NCBI GenBank assembly: GCA_043826355.1
Contig: JBDRQI010000004.1
Coordinates: 32,001 to 96,000 of the forward strand
Reading direction: 5' to 3'
Source of the DNA: Candidatus Omnitrophota bacterium
GTDB taxonomy: Bacteria > Ratteibacteria > UBA8468 > MWAK01
DNA length: 64,000 nucleotides
The position numbers were made by a program, and so were the translations under genes. The notes below the pieces were generated by a model. That model was not told the origin of the DNA and did not search any database. It saw only the letters and a list, made by a program, of their open reading frames with translations. Positions 51,261-61,289 of this stretch are shown piece after piece (the first letter of the stretch is position 1; every line of letters starts with the position of its first letter).

Positions 51261-52562
51261 ATGATTTGGAATAAGGAAGCCGAGTGTCAGCCGGCAAAAG
51301 AGAGAGAAAAAATGCAGTTGGAGAGGTTGAAAACGACCGTGCGCCGCGCCTATTACAACGTGCCGTATTATCAAAAGGCGTTCAATAAGGCGGGAATTAA
51401 ACCGGAAGAAATTAAATCTCTGGATGACCTGAAAAAGTTTCCTTTCGTTGCGAAGGCCGAATTGAGGGGTGGTTATCCATTCGGCATGCTGGCGGTTCCG
51501 CAGAGTGAGATTGTGGAGATACATATCTCGTCCGGAACGACCGGAAAACCGGTAGTTGCCGGTTATACAAAAAACGATATCGACCTCTGGGGTGAGGTAA
51601 TGGCGCGTTCCCTGACGATGGCCGGGACCACCCGTGAAGACATAATCCAGAACGGATACGGGTACGGTCTGTTCACCGGCGGCCTGGGTGTTCATTACGG
51701 AGCCCAGAAGATCGGCGCAACCCTTATTCCGGTTTCCGCCGGCAATACCAGGCGGCAGTTGGATATTATGCAGGATTTTGGCACGACAATTCTTACCTGT
51801 ACCCCGTCCTATGCCCTGTATCTGGCCGAAGTGGCTGAAGAAGAAGGCCTGATAAACCAGAAGAAATTAAAGTTGCTGGCCGGGTGTTTCGGCGCGGAAA
51901 TGTGGACCGAGCGGATGCGGGATGAACTGGAGAAACGGTTTCACCTGCTGGCCCTTAACATTTATGGATTGACTGAAATAATCGGGCCCGGCGTGGCCCA
52001 GGAATGCAAGGAGAAATGCGGGCTTCATATCTTTGAAGACCATTTTTACCCGGAGGTTGTTTCTCCGGAAACGCTGGAACCTCTGCCGGAAGGGGAGAAA
52101 GGGGAACTGGTTCTTACCACGTTGACCCGGGAAGGAACTCCGATGATTCGTTTCCGGACCAGGGATATTACCGCTTTGCAGCGGAGTGCCTGCCGGTGCG
52201 GACGTACCCTGGTCAGGATGGACCGGGTTACCGGCCGGTCCGACGACATGCTTAAAATTCGGGGTGTTATCGTTTTCCCGTCCCAGATTGAAAAAGCCCT
52301 CCTGGAGATAAAAGGAGTGGAACCGCATTATCAGATTATCATTACCCGGCCGCACCAATTGGACGAACTGGAAATTCAGGTTGAAACCTCCCGGAAACTA
52401 TTTTCCGATGAAATCAGGCACCTGGAGGAAGCAAGGCATGATATTGAAAAGCATATTGAAGATGTGATTGGAATCAAGGTTAAGGTTACGCTGGTGGAGC
52501 CCAAGACCATTCCGCGCAGCGAAGGCAAGGCAAAAAGGGTTATTGACAAGCGGGAACTGTAG
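51261..52562 (+). CDS. paaK: Phenylacetate-CoA ligase family (paralogue)
   Basis: [28 protein letters not shown]. Confidence 0.88.
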   Translation: MIWNKEAECQPAKEREKMQLERLKTTVRRAYYNVPYYQKAFNKAGIKPEEIKSLDDLKKFPFVAKAELRGGYPFGMLAVPQSEIVEIHISSGTTGKPVVAGYTKNDIDLWGEVMARSLTMAGTTREDIIQNGYGYGLFTGGLGVHYGAQKIGATLIPVSAGNTRRQLDIMQDFGTTILTCTPSYALYLAEVAEEEGLINQKKLKLLAGCFGAEMWTERMRDELEKRFHLLALNIYGLTEIIGPGVAQECKEKCGLHIFEDHFYPEVVSPETLEPLPEGEKGELVLTTLTREGTPMIRFRTRDITALQRSACRCGRTLVRMDRVTGRSDDMLKIRGVIVFPSQIEKALLEIKGVEPHYQIIITRPHQLDELEIQVETSRKLFSDEIRHLEEARHDIEKHIEDVIGIKVKVTLVEPKTIPRSEGKAKRVIDKREL

Positions 52563-52577
52563 GGTAGTTTAACAACG

Positions 52578-52694
52578 AGATTCTTCGTTATCACTCAGAA
52601 TGACAAACTCGTCTGTCATCCTGAGCCGTGGTTGCGAAGGATCCCGCAGTAAATGTAGGGGCGGGGTTACATCCCCGCCCGCCAGAGGCGGACT
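52578..52694. repeat. REP cluster with nested CCGCCAGAGGCGG hairpin
   Basis: GTCAT-family units followed by GTAGGGGCGGGG..CCCCGCCC and GCCAGAGGCGG. Confidence 0.8.
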
Positions 52695-52724
52695 CGGTGA
52701 AGATCAGTCTGCGGGAGGTAGGTA

Positions 52725-53156
52725 ATGAAAGTCAACCAGATATCTGTTTTTCTGGAAAACAAGAAAGGACGGCTGCTGGAAGCGTTGGAGACGCTGGCAA
52801 AAGCAAAGGCAAATATCCGGGCGCTCTCCATCGCCGATACCTCGGAATTCGGTATTCTGCGCCTGATTGTGCCTGAGCCGGAACAGGCCCGGAAAGCGCT
52901 GGAGAAAGACGGTTTTACGGTTGGCGGGAACGAGGTAATTGTCGTCGGCGTGAATGACAAACCCGGCGGGCTGGCCGGTATTTTACGGGTGTTGAAGAAC
53001 GCGAACCTCAACGTGGAATATCTTTACGCTTTTGTCGCCCGAAGCGGAAATAAAGCGGTTGTAGTCCTGCGTACCGAAAATATCAATTCGGGCATAAAAG
53101 CGCTCCAAAAAGGCGGGGTAAAGGTTCTTTCTGCGCAGGAAGTGTACAATCTTTAA
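52725..53156 (+). CDS. Tandem ACT-domain protein
   Basis: QISVFLENKKGRL, DKPGGLA, NVEYLYAF; usual paaK neighbour. Confidence 0.88.
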   Translation: MKVNQISVFLENKKGRLLEALETLAKAKANIRALSIADTSEFGILRLIVPEPEQARKALEKDGFTVGGNEVIVVGVNDKPGGLAGILRVLKNANLNVEYLYAFVARSGNKAVVVLRTENINSGIKALQKGGVKVLSAQEVYNL

Positions 53157-53170
53157 AAATTGTAATAGTT

Positions 53171-53304
53171 TGTCATCCTGAGCCATTAACAATCTGTCAT
53201 CCTGAGTTGCGGTTGCGAAGGATCTCTCTTTAACAACGAGATTCTTCGTTTTACTCAGAATGACAAAAAGGTGTCATTCTGAAGCGAAGCGTACTGAAGA
53301 ATCT
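53171..53304. repeat. REP cluster (GTCAT family) overlapping the iorA 3' end
   Basis: TGTCATCCTGAG twice, CTCAGAATGACA, TGTCATTCTGA. Confidence 0.82.
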
Positions 53305-54869
53305 GGTTTATTGCTTTGCTTTGCCGCCAGAATGCAGGGTCTCCGCGAAATAATCACGTTTACCCCTTCGGCATCTAATTTTTCCCGTATTATCTTTTCC
53401 GTCCTTCCGGAGTCAAACGGGTCAATCACCTCCACGGAACGCACTCCGCAGGACAGACATATTTCTTCCAGCGAAACCCTGTTCCCTTCTTTTCCTTTTG
53501 CGCTAATACCGGTCAGCGGAGTAGGTTGGTGGCCGGTCATGGCAATGGAGGAGTTGTCCAGAATCAGAACCAGGATGTCTGCCTGGTTGTAAACCGCGCT
53601 GATTAGCGCCGGAATCCCGGAGTGGAGAAAGGTGGAGTCTCCGATTACGGCGGCTACTCTTTGAACTCCCTGTTTGGCAATTCCGGCCGCTTTGCTTATA
53701 CTGGCGCCCATGCACAGGCAGGTATCCATAGCCGAAAGGGGCGGACTGGCGCCCAGCGTGTAACAGCCGATATCACCGGTGGTAAAATGAGGGCCGGCTT
53801 TTTTAAGCGATTTGTAGAGTTCCCGGTGGGGACAACCGGGGCACATTACCGGCGTCCTGGTTGGCAACCGGTCTTTCATAATAATTACTTTTTTTTCTTT
53901 CCGGCGCCAACTTGGAACGTATTCGGCCAGTATATCCGGTCCCAGTTCCCCTTCCGGTGAAATTTCTCCGGAAATTTTACCCCTTACCCGCGCCGAATAT
54001 TTTCGGGCAATCTTCTCCACCATGGGCTCGCCTTCTTCCAGGACCCAGATTTCTTTAAGTCCCTTCGTGAAATCGGCAATCAAGTTTTCGGAAAATGGGT
54101 AAGCGGAAATTTTAAGAAGCGCAAAATCAGGGCCATATTCACGGGCGTAAGCGTAGCCGATACCGCAGGCGATAATTCCTTTTTTCTGTTTATCTTTAAA
54201 GGCCCTGTTCAGTTTTGAGCGGTCCGTCCATTTTTGCAATTTAACCTGTTTTTCATTCAAAATCCGGTGGCACCGTATAACGTTGCTGGGAATGGCTAAC
54301 AATCGTTCCGGGTCTTTTTCCAGTTTAAGCGGGTTTTCCTTGCGGATGGCGCCTATTTTAACCGGAGATAAAGCGTGGGAAATTCTGGTTACGGTGCGGA
54401 CCATCACCGGAAGCCCCATCTCTTCCGAGAGGTTGAAAGCCATAATGGTCATATCCTTGGCTTCCTGGGAATCGCTTGGTTCCAGGCAGGGAATTTTGGC
54501 GAATTCAGCGTAATAACGGGAATCCTGTTCGTTTTGTGAGGAATAGGCGCCCGGGTCATCGGCAACTGCTAAAACAAGCCCTCCCTTAATCCCCAGGTAG
54601 GCGGAAGTCATAAGAGGGTCGGAAGCCACGTTTAAACCCACGTGCTTCATGGAGCAGAGCGCTCTCTTTCCGGCGTAGGATGTCCCGATGGCTGTTTCCA
54701 GGGCAACCTTTTCGTTCAAAGCCCACTGCGCGTCCCCGGAAAAGTTCTGCGCCAGGTATTCCAGGATTTCCGTGGCCGGAGTTCCGGGATAGCTTATCGC
54801 CAGGGAGATTCCCGCTTCAAGCGCGCCCCGGCCAATCGCCTCATTTCCGGAAAGCAGCTCTTTTGGCAT
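53274..54869 (-). CDS. iorA: Indolepyruvate:ferredoxin oxidoreductase alpha subunit
   Basis: GNEAI, YPGTP, MKHVGLNVA, SSQNEQD, CPGCPH, GDIGCY, GDSTFLHSG. Confidence 0.9.
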   Translation of the reverse strand: MPKELLSGNEAIGRGALEAGISLAISYPGTPATEILEYLAQNFSGDAQWALNEKVALETAIGTSYAGKRALCSMKHVGLNVASDPLMTSAYLGIKGGLVLAVADDPGAYSSQNEQDSRYYAEFAKIPCLEPSDSQEAKDMTIMAFNLSEEMGLPVMVRTVTRISHALSPVKIGAIRKENPLKLEKDPERLLAIPSNVIRCHRILNEKQVKLQKWTDRSKLNRAFKDKQKKGIIACGIGYAYAREYGPDFALLKISAYPFSENLIADFTKGLKEIWVLEEGEPMVEKIARKYSARVRGKISGEISPEGELGPDILAEYVPSWRRKEKKVIIMKDRLPTRTPVMCPGCPHRELYKSLKKAGPHFTTGDIGCYTLGASPPLSAMDTCLCMGASISKAAGIAKQGVQRVAAVIGDSTFLHSGIPALISAVYNQADILVLILDNSSIAMTGHQPTPLTGISAKGKEGNRVSLEEICLSCGVRSVEVIDPFDSGRTEKIIREKLDAEGVNVIISRRPCILAAKQSNKPDSSVRFASE

Positions 54870-54910
54870 CATAATAAAATAGCACAAAACCGGTTTTTTT
54901 CTCAAGCGAC

Positions 54911-55150
54911 TGTCGCAGCAAAATGATAATGTCTCCTTTGTGCAAAATGAAAACGTCCTCTTTTGCTATACTATCCGGCAAAGGAGGACACATTGCGAAA
55001 GGACATTATCAGAATGAGTAAAAGAGAGATTGACAGACTTGGGGTAATTCAGGAAGTAATGAATAAGCGGACCAGACAGAAGGAAACAGCTCAAATGATT
55101 TTCCTATCCACCCGCCACCCGGCAGGTGCGCCGGATTATCCGGGCAAGTC
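54911..55150 (+). mobile_element. ISNCY-like IS remnant (left end plus transposase N-terminus)
   Basis: TGTC end with repeated GCAAAATGA boxes; RKDIIRMSKREIDRLGVI..LST then frameshifted RQVRRII. Confidence 0.6.
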
Positions 55151-55169
55151 CACGCACCTTCTCATTCTT

Positions 55170-55745
55170 TTAAGGGTTAACAGCCGAGGCGCCGGAAGTG
55201 CCGGGGGTTTCATTAGAATCGCTTTTGGGAGAAGTTATAAAGGTTTCATCAGGGGCTTCCGGAAGCGCAGCATTTATGAGAGTAACAGCATCCGGACTTT
55301 TTGTACGAGCGTAGACTTCCGTACCTTCCTCTTGATTCAAATTTCGCTTCTCCCTTTTTGCTTTTTCATAAATATTTCGAACAGAAGGATGTTCGGAGAT
55401 TACGGACATAAACTGCCTTGTTTTATCCAATGCATCAGTGGGAAAAACATTGGAAATATTTTTGATAATTTGGTCAAGCTCTTTATCGGACAGAGTAGTA
55501 GGCAAGACAGAAAGTTCCTGGTGTAATTTAGCTATATCTTTGTCAGAGAGTATTGCGGATTTAGGCGACTCGACCGTCTGGTTTGGAACAGCGCTCTGTT
55601 GGTCATCTAAAATAGAATTCATATTTTCTTCAGTTTTAACTTTTTCTGAAGACTTTTGGACCGTTTTGAAAGCAATGGCCACAATTAATATTATTACTAA
55701 AATCGCTGCGACTCCTAACCAATTTTTATTAATTTTATTGTCCAT
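55170..55745 (-). CDS. Hypothetical membrane-anchored protein
   Basis: N-terminal TM helix, GGGAAG-type RBS, AT-rich. Confidence 0.6.
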   Translation of the reverse strand: MDNKINKNWLGVAAILVIILIVAIAFKTVQKSSEKVKTEENMNSILDDQQSAVPNQTVESPKSAILSDKDIAKLHQELSVLPTTLSDKELDQIIKNISNVFPTDALDKTRQFMSVISEHPSVRNIYEKAKREKRNLNQEEGTEVYARTKSPDAVTLINAALPEAPDETFITSPKSDSNETPGTSGASAVNP

Positions 55746-55967
55746 TACTTCCCTCCTAATTTTCACAAAAGGCAATCTACATATAGAACAAGGCGAAGAT
55801 CTCTGTTTATTTTTAATTTTAACATTCCCAATTTAATTTGTAAAGGGGTGGGTTTGGATACCAAACAAATTATAACACTTTTCTGGAATGCGGTTAAGAG
55901 ATATGAAATGGTGATTCGGGGATAGTATAAAAGTAAGGGTGTGAGGGGAATAAGGTATAATATAAGC

Positions 55968-57272
55968 ATGAAAGTTTATGCGCTGAGCCTGGGATGTCCG
56001 AAAAACCTGGTTGATACCGAAAGGTTTCTGGCTGAACTTGTCGGCAAGAAGTGGGAGGTTGTCGCAGAGCCGTCCGGCGCGGACGTCCTCTTCCTGAATA
56101 CCTGCGCTTTTCTCACCGAGGCGGTAGTTGAGTCGAAAAAGTTTTTACGGGACTTAATTACCGTCAAGAAGCGTTTTCCGGGAAAGAAGATTTATTTAGC
56201 CGGCTGTATGGTTAGACGCTTCGGTAAATCGCTCTTATCCGAATTTCCGGAGGTTGACCGGCTAATTTTTCCTCAGGAAATGGCATTTCTTTCCGGTCGT
56301 TTCCTCTGCACCCCCGGCCATTACGGCTATCTTAAAATTTCCGAAGGTTGCGATAACCATTGTCGTTACTGTCTTATTCCTTTCCTGAGAGGCCCGTTAA
56401 AAAGTTACCCGATGGAACGTTTGATTACTGAAGCAACTGCATTGGTAACCGGCGGCGTGCGGGAATTGAATATTTGTGCCCAGGATACAACGTCTTACGG
56501 AGTTGACCTTTACGGAAAACCGGTTTTAGATAAACTATTGCGGGAAATTTGTCGGATTAAAGATTTACGCTGGGTTCGAATCCTGTATACTTATCCGACC
56601 GGTTATAACGAGGAACTGATAGAAACGCTTGCAGAACTCACTTCCCCCTCACCTTTATCCTCTCCCCATAGGGGAGAGGGTGGGGTGAGGGGGAAATTAT
56701 GTCCCTATCTCGACATCCCTTTACAGCACGCCTCCGACCGGATACTTTCGGAGATGAACCGCCGGGGCAACCAAAAGGAATACCGGAAACTGATTGTCCG
56801 GTTGCGCCGCGCCGTCCCGGACTTGACCCTGCGCACCACCTTTATTGTCGGTTATCCGGGCGAGACGGAAGAGGATTTTCGGATACTCCTGAATTTTGTT
56901 AAGGAAGTTGAGTTTGAAAAGATGGGCCTCTTCGCCTACTCGGGGGAAACCGGTACGCTGGCGGCCGATTTGCCGCAAATCCCGCAAACGCTGAAGGAAG
57001 AACGGCTGGAAAAGTTATGGCAGGTCCAGAACGATATTTCGCGGCGAAAAATGGAAAGTTTTGTCGGGCGCGAAGTTGAAGCGGTTGCCGAAGATGTTAA
57101 TCCGGACGATAAGAAAAAGTCTATCGGGAGAACTATTTTTGATGCACCTGAAGTGGACGGTTCAATCTTTCTGGACCGCCTGCTTCCGGCCGGGACCTTT
57201 GTCAGGGTAAAGATTACTGGTGCGGATTCCTACGACCTGCACGGAAAAGTAACACAAGTACTGTCATCCTGA
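55968..57272 (+). CDS. rimO: Ribosomal protein S12 methylthiotransferase RimO
   Basis: SLGCPKNLVD, NTCAF, CDNHCRYC, LRTTFIVGYPGET, APEVDG. Confidence 0.92.
   Translation: MKVYALSLGCPKNLVDTERFLAELVGKKWEVVAEPSGADVLFLNTCAFLTEAVVESKKFLRDLITVKKRFPGKKIYLAGCMVRRFGKSLLSEFPEVDRLIFPQEMAFLSGRFLCTPGHYGYLKISEGCDNHCRYCLIPFLRGPLKSYPMERLITEATALVTGGVRELNICAQDTTSYGVDLYGKPVLDKLLREICRIKDLRWVRILYTYPTGYNEELIETLAELTSPSPLSSPHRGEGGVRGKLCPYLDIPLQHASDRILSEMNRRGNQKEYRKLIVRLRRAVPDLTLRTTFIVGYPGETEEDFRILLNFVKEVEFEKMGLFAYSGETGTLAADLPQIPQTLKEERLEKLWQVQNDISRRKMESFVGREVEAVAEDVNPDDKKKSIGRTIFDAPEVDGSIFLDRLLPAGTFVRVKITGADSYDLHGKVTQVLSS
56642..56695. repeat. 54 bp palindrome in frame inside rimO
   Basis: TTCCCCCTCACC...CCTCTCCCC-ATA-GGGGAGAGG...GGTGAGGGGGAA. 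Confidence 0.85.
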
Positions 57273-57469
57273 GCCCAAAAATAATATGTCATCCTGAACG
57301 CACTCTGTGTCATTCTGAGTGAAACGAAGAATCTCGTCCTTAATAAATACGAGATCCTTCGCAACTTCGGCTCAGGATGACAAAGCATTGTTTTACTCAG
57401 GATGACAAAGTACGTCAGATTCTTCGGCGGAGTTTACCCTTGAGCAGAGCGAAGGGCCTCAGAATGACA
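57262..57469. repeat. Large REP cluster (GTCAT family) between convergent rimO and secretin gene
   Basis: Three TGTCATYCTGA and three TCAGRATGACA units. Confidence 0.85.
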
Positions 57470-57479
57470 GCACCATCTG

Positions 57480-59078
57480 TTATTTAATCTGCGCGGTCTT
57501 TTCCTCAAGCAGGGCCGAGGCATCCGCTGATTCGTTGGCAACGTGCGGCGTAATGAATATCAAGAGTTCCGTTTTTTTCGGTTCTTTAACCGTTCGTTTG
57601 AAAAGATAACCGAGAACCGGAATATCCCCGAAGAAAGGAACTTTATAGGAAGTATCCTTTGTTTGATTTGTTAACAAACCCCCGATTACAACCGTCTGAC
57701 CGGCTTTAACCGTAACATTGGTATCGGCTTCCCGGCTGTTGATTCTGGGCAGAATCAGGGTTCCATCTCCAATACCCGAAGAGACAGAATCACCCAGGGA
57801 TGTTATTTCCGGGTGGAGAATCATTTCTACCGCGCCTTCCCGGTTAACGTGAGGTATCACCCGGAGACTGATGCCGATGGGTTCGTAATGGTCAAGCGAA
57901 CCGGTGATCAAGGTCTTTCCCAGGGCATCGGTAGTCGTGGTGGTGGTCATGATCGGGTATCTCTCTCCAACCATAATTACGGCCGGGTAGTTGTCCAGGG
58001 CCATAATCCGAGGATTAGAAAGGATGTTGGCTTTTCCTTCTCTTTCCAGGGCTTTTATCGTTACGGTTAAAGGACTGTTGTCGTAGCCCAGAGAGAGTCC
58101 GCCCCCGGCTGACATTGCCGGGACAGGAAATACCGGGTTGGTTAAGGATGTCAAACCGTAACTGATATGGTCATGCGTGGTGGCAGCCCAGTCAATCCCG
58201 ATATCCCTTACGTATTCCGAGCCGATTTCCACAATCATCGCTTCAATCAAAATTTGGGATGGTTTCACGTCTAATTGGCTAATAAGTGACTCAATTCTGG
58301 CTATAACCGCCGGGGAATCAACAACTATCAGGGTTTTAGGTTTTTCTTCATCGGCGGTTATTTCGCGTGCTTTTTTCCCGATGGCAGTTCCGGTAGTGGA
58401 AACGCCGCTCATTTGCCAGCCGCCTACATATAAATTAGTCATCACATCAACCGTTCCGATTTTAGGCGTAAGTTGATTTTTAACAATCTCCTTGATTTTT
58501 TCTGCGCTTATGTAATTAAGGGTAAATACCTTGGTAACCAGCGTATTGGCGGTCAGGGCAAGATTTTTGGCAGAAAGATTTGTCAGGGTGGAAACCAGCA
58601 TCAGATTACCAACTTTTTCGTAACCAAAACCGTTTACCCCAAGGATTGCTTGCAGGGCTTCTTCCGCCGGCACGTTAACTAATGATATGGTTACGGTTCC
58701 GGTTACTTCTTTTCCCGCCACGATATTAAATCCATATTCCTGGGCGAAGAGACGCAGGACATCATTGAGGTCAGCATCCTTGAGGTCTAAACTGAACAGG
58801 TTATCGGATTTAATTTTAGGCGCGGATATCTTGGCGAGTAGGTTTCTAGCTTTTTCATAATCAGGATTTATCTGCAGAGATTTGTTTAATTCGCCAATAG
58901 CCGCCTCGGTCTCTCCCTTAAGGTAATATGCCACCCCGGCCCGGAAATGTTCTTCTTCGCTATCGGTTGCGGCGGAGATGATTGGCGCTAAAAACAGAAA
59001 CAGCATTAATTGTAAAAATAAAGCGGCGCTTATTAACAACCTTGTCTGTTTAACCTGTTGTTTTCGAATTGTCATCAT
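57480..59078 (-). CDS. Secretin (PilQ/GspD family) with N-terminal TPR
   Basis: QILIEAMIVEI, LSNPRI, VIGGL, VPFFGDIPVLGYLF, ELLIFITP. Confidence 0.9.
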   Translation of the reverse strand: MMTIRKQQVKQTRLLISAALFLQLMLFLFLAPIISAATDSEEEHFRAGVAYYLKGETEAAIGELNKSLQINPDYEKARNLLAKISAPKIKSDNLFSLDLKDADLNDVLRLFAQEYGFNIVAGKEVTGTVTISLVNVPAEEALQAILGVNGFGYEKVGNLMLVSTLTNLSAKNLALTANTLVTKVFTLNYISAEKIKEIVKNQLTPKIGTVDVMTNLYVGGWQMSGVSTTGTAIGKKAREITADEEKPKTLIVVDSPAVIARIESLISQLDVKPSQILIEAMIVEIGSEYVRDIGIDWAATTHDHISYGLTSLTNPVFPVPAMSAGGGLSLGYDNSPLTVTIKALEREGKANILSNPRIMALDNYPAVIMVGERYPIMTTTTTTDALGKTLITGSLDHYEPIGISLRVIPHVNREGAVEMILHPEITSLGDSVSSGIGDGTLILPRINSREADTNVTVKAGQTVVIGGLLTNQTKDTSYKVPFFGDIPVLGYLFKRTVKEPKKTELLIFITPHVANESADASALLEEKTAQIK

Positions 59079-59563
59079 GGTAATACCTCCACAACTTCGG
59101 CTAATTTTTCTTTAAACTTCGTGATGGCTGCCAGTATCTGCTCAGTCGTTTCCAACGCTTGCCGATATTGAGCAATTTGAATATCATTATTGAGCTTTTT
59201 GTTCAAATTCTTAATCTTCAGGTAGTCAGGGTCTACCGGTTCTTTTTCGACAAAAATATTCACGGGGGGTGCTTTGCCTGACTCCCATACGCTTGCCGGA
59301 GCCGGTCCTCCGACGATATTAATCAGTATCGGCTGGCCAATGGAAAGTATGTTTGGGTCGGAAAGCCTGTTGAGCCGGACAAGCTCGGCGACGGTAGTTC
59401 CATGCCTTTTGGCTATCGTTGACAGGCAGTCACCCGGACGGACCAGGTAAACGGTGGTGCCGTTATCCGGGGCGGCGGCGGTATACGCCGTTAATCCAAG
59501 GGCCATGCCGGTCAGAAAGATGGTTACGGACGCCAGAATTTTCAATTTATTTATGGTTCTCAT
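59075..59563 (-). CDS. LysM domain protein
   Basis: YLVRPGDCLSTIAKRHGTTVAEL..N..LSIGQ. Confidence 0.85.
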   Translation of the reverse strand: MRTINKLKILASVTIFLTGMALGLTAYTAAAPDNGTTVYLVRPGDCLSTIAKRHGTTVAELVRLNRLSDPNILSIGQPILINIVGGPAPASVWESGKAPPVNIFVEKEPVDPDYLKIKNLNKKLNNDIQIAQYRQALETTEQILAAITKFKEKLAEVVEVLP

Positions 59564-59577
59564 TATTTTATATAATA

Positions 59578-59652
59578 TAGGGGAGGGGCTATGCCCCCTT
59601 CCGCCAGAGGCGGACTTTCAGACCGCGGGCGGGGATGTAACCCCGCCCCTAC
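59578..59652. repeat. GTAG-type REP with nested CCGCCAGAGGCGG
   Basis: Near copy of 61192-61275. Confidence 0.8.
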
Positions 59653-59657
59653 AATTT

Positions 59658-60125
59658 TTAATTTCCCAGCCGGAGAACTTCCTCGTCCGTTCCTTTTTTT
59701 AGAATGACCCGGTCTCTTTCGATGGCGATAATTTTTTTATCGTTCAGGGTGTCTCCAACCCGATAAATTTTTTCATCAATAATCGCGGACGCCTTATTAG
59801 GGCCGACCATAGTTCCGGTAAGGGAATAAGGTGTCCCTTTAATAATTAATTGAAAGGGCTGTGATGAACCGGCGCCGGCCGAAGCGAGGACCGGCTGCAT
59901 CGGGTCTCTTTTGGTTGCGTGATAGTATATTGGCAGATTGACCGATTTGGATTTTTCCAGCAGGTCTGCCGTCTCTTCCCAAAAATCTTCTTCGTTAATT
60001 ACTTCGGTTATTCCGGGTTCAATTTTTGCCTGGATTGGTTTTTTCCCGGCTAGGCGGAGGCTGAAGAATAGGAATCCTAAAGAAAAGAGCAGGAGAACTG
60101 CAAGAAATACCGTCTTTTTATTCAT
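59658..60125 (-). CDS. PilP-like pilus assembly protein
   Basis: RDPM, LTGTMVG..AIID..VGD; position in the pilMNO-P-Q order. Confidence 0.6.
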   Translation of the reverse strand: MNKKTVFLAVLLLFSLGFLFFSLRLAGKKPIQAKIEPGITEVINEEDFWEETADLLEKSKSVNLPIYYHATKRDPMQPVLASAGAGSSQPFQLIIKGTPYSLTGTMVGPNKASAIIDEKIYRVGDTLNDKKIIAIERDRVILKKGTDEEVLRLGN

Positions 60126-60628
60126 TTTGTATAGGCGATAACGTCTATTTTTCCCCGGTGCAGGTTTTCTGCGTTTTCCAGGGTTAACCGGTTTATTTGG
60201 AAAGGGACCTGGTTTGATTCCAGGAGGTGGATGAAATTTACAATCTGTCGATAGTTTCCCGTAAAGATAATCGTGAAGAAAACTTCACCGGCCGTTTTGG
60301 CGGTATCGTTTTGGGGGGTAGGGATAACAGAGGAAACCCGGATGTTTGCTTTTTGAGTCAAACTTAAAAGCCTGGTCAGGATCGATTTTTCCGGTACAAA
60401 GAGCCTGTTTTCAAGAGTGGCGCCAATCTCTTTCAATCCGTTTCTGGAAGCGATAATATTTTTTTCCTGCTGCATCGCAGATGACTTTAAGGTATCGGAA
60501 TTTAATTTTACTTTTAGTTCTTTTATTTTAAGGTTTTGGGGAAAAACGAAAACCAGAAAAAGAGAAACCATCAACGCCAAATAAACTACGGAGGCTACCA
60601 AAAACCATCTCAAAGGGATTCTTTTCAT
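60122..60628 (-). CDS. PilO-like protein
   Basis: N-terminal TM, GNYRQIVNFI..LE; synteny. Confidence 0.65.
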   Translation of the reverse strand: MKRIPLRWFLVASVVYLALMVSLFLVFVFPQNLKIKELKVKLNSDTLKSSAMQQEKNIIASRNGLKEIGATLENRLFVPEKSILTRLLSLTQKANIRVSSVIPTPQNDTAKTAGEVFFTIIFTGNYRQIVNFIHLLESNQVPFQINRLTLENAENLHRGKIDVIAYTK

Positions 60629-61173
60629 TTTTTTATTCCGACCATACTGAAACTGATGGTTCCTGTTTCTTCACTTATCTGTTCAAATTTAATTTCATTC
60701 AATCCCTGTCTAAAATTTTCATTTCCGTTTAATTTTTCCAAAAAGACAGACAGGGGAACCATCGTTTGGTTTCCGGACAACCCCTCTCCTTCCAGGGAGA
60801 TAATGTTCCCTTCAAAATTTATCTTGTTGAGATGGAAATGGCTGGGTATGGCATCAGAGAGTACAACCAATTTCGGCGTCAGGACCAGGCGTTGTTCTTG
60901 GAAGAGAACGGTTTTTTTTAATTCTTCCTGCCAGTATTTCTCCTTATCGGTGGGAGAGAACGCCTCTCTTTGTTCTTTCGTCAGGGACAAACCCTGTTTT
61001 TCTATTCGTTTGGTATATTCGGTAATAATGGTTTTATTAGTCGAGCGAACGATACTCAAAATTGCCAGGGAGAAGAACAGGATGGGCAGAAAAATACCGA
61101 TAAGGAAAAAAAGACGCTCTCTTTTTTCAATTGGGGCAGTGTATCTTTCTTTGATTAAATTAATCTTAACCAT
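60625..61173 (-). CDS. PilN-like protein
   Basis: MVKINLI, TM, LSDAIP; synteny. Confidence 0.7.
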   Translation of the reverse strand: MVKINLIKERYTAPIEKRERLFFLIGIFLPILFFSLAILSIVRSTNKTIITEYTKRIEKQGLSLTKEQREAFSPTDKEKYWQEELKKTVLFQEQRLVLTPKLVVLSDAIPSHFHLNKINFEGNIISLEGEGLSGNQTMVPLSVFLEKLNGNENFRQGLNEIKFEQISEETGTISFSMVGIKK

Positions 61174-61191
61174 ACATTTTTGTCAATAAAT

Positions 61192-61275
61192 GTATGGGAG
61201 GGGCTGCGTCCCCTCCCGCCAGAGGCGGACTTGATGAAACTCAGCCCGCGGGCGGGGATGTAACCCCGCCCCTAC
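61192..61275. repeat. GTAG-type REP with nested CCGCCAGAGGCGG
   Basis: GGGAGGGG..CCCCTCCC, GCCAGAGGCGG, GGGCGGGG..CCCCGCCCCTAC. Confidence 0.8.
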
Positions 61276-61289
61276 ACAAAACTGCAAAT

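Noticed and set aside
54963..55526. 187 aa ORF as an intact transposase
   Set aside because: Only about the first 50 codons are transposase-like; the rest is antisense to the neighbouring gene
1505..57469. Clustered repeats as CRISPR arrays
   Set aside because: Units are inverted and irregular, with no constant repeat-spacer period, and no cas genes are present
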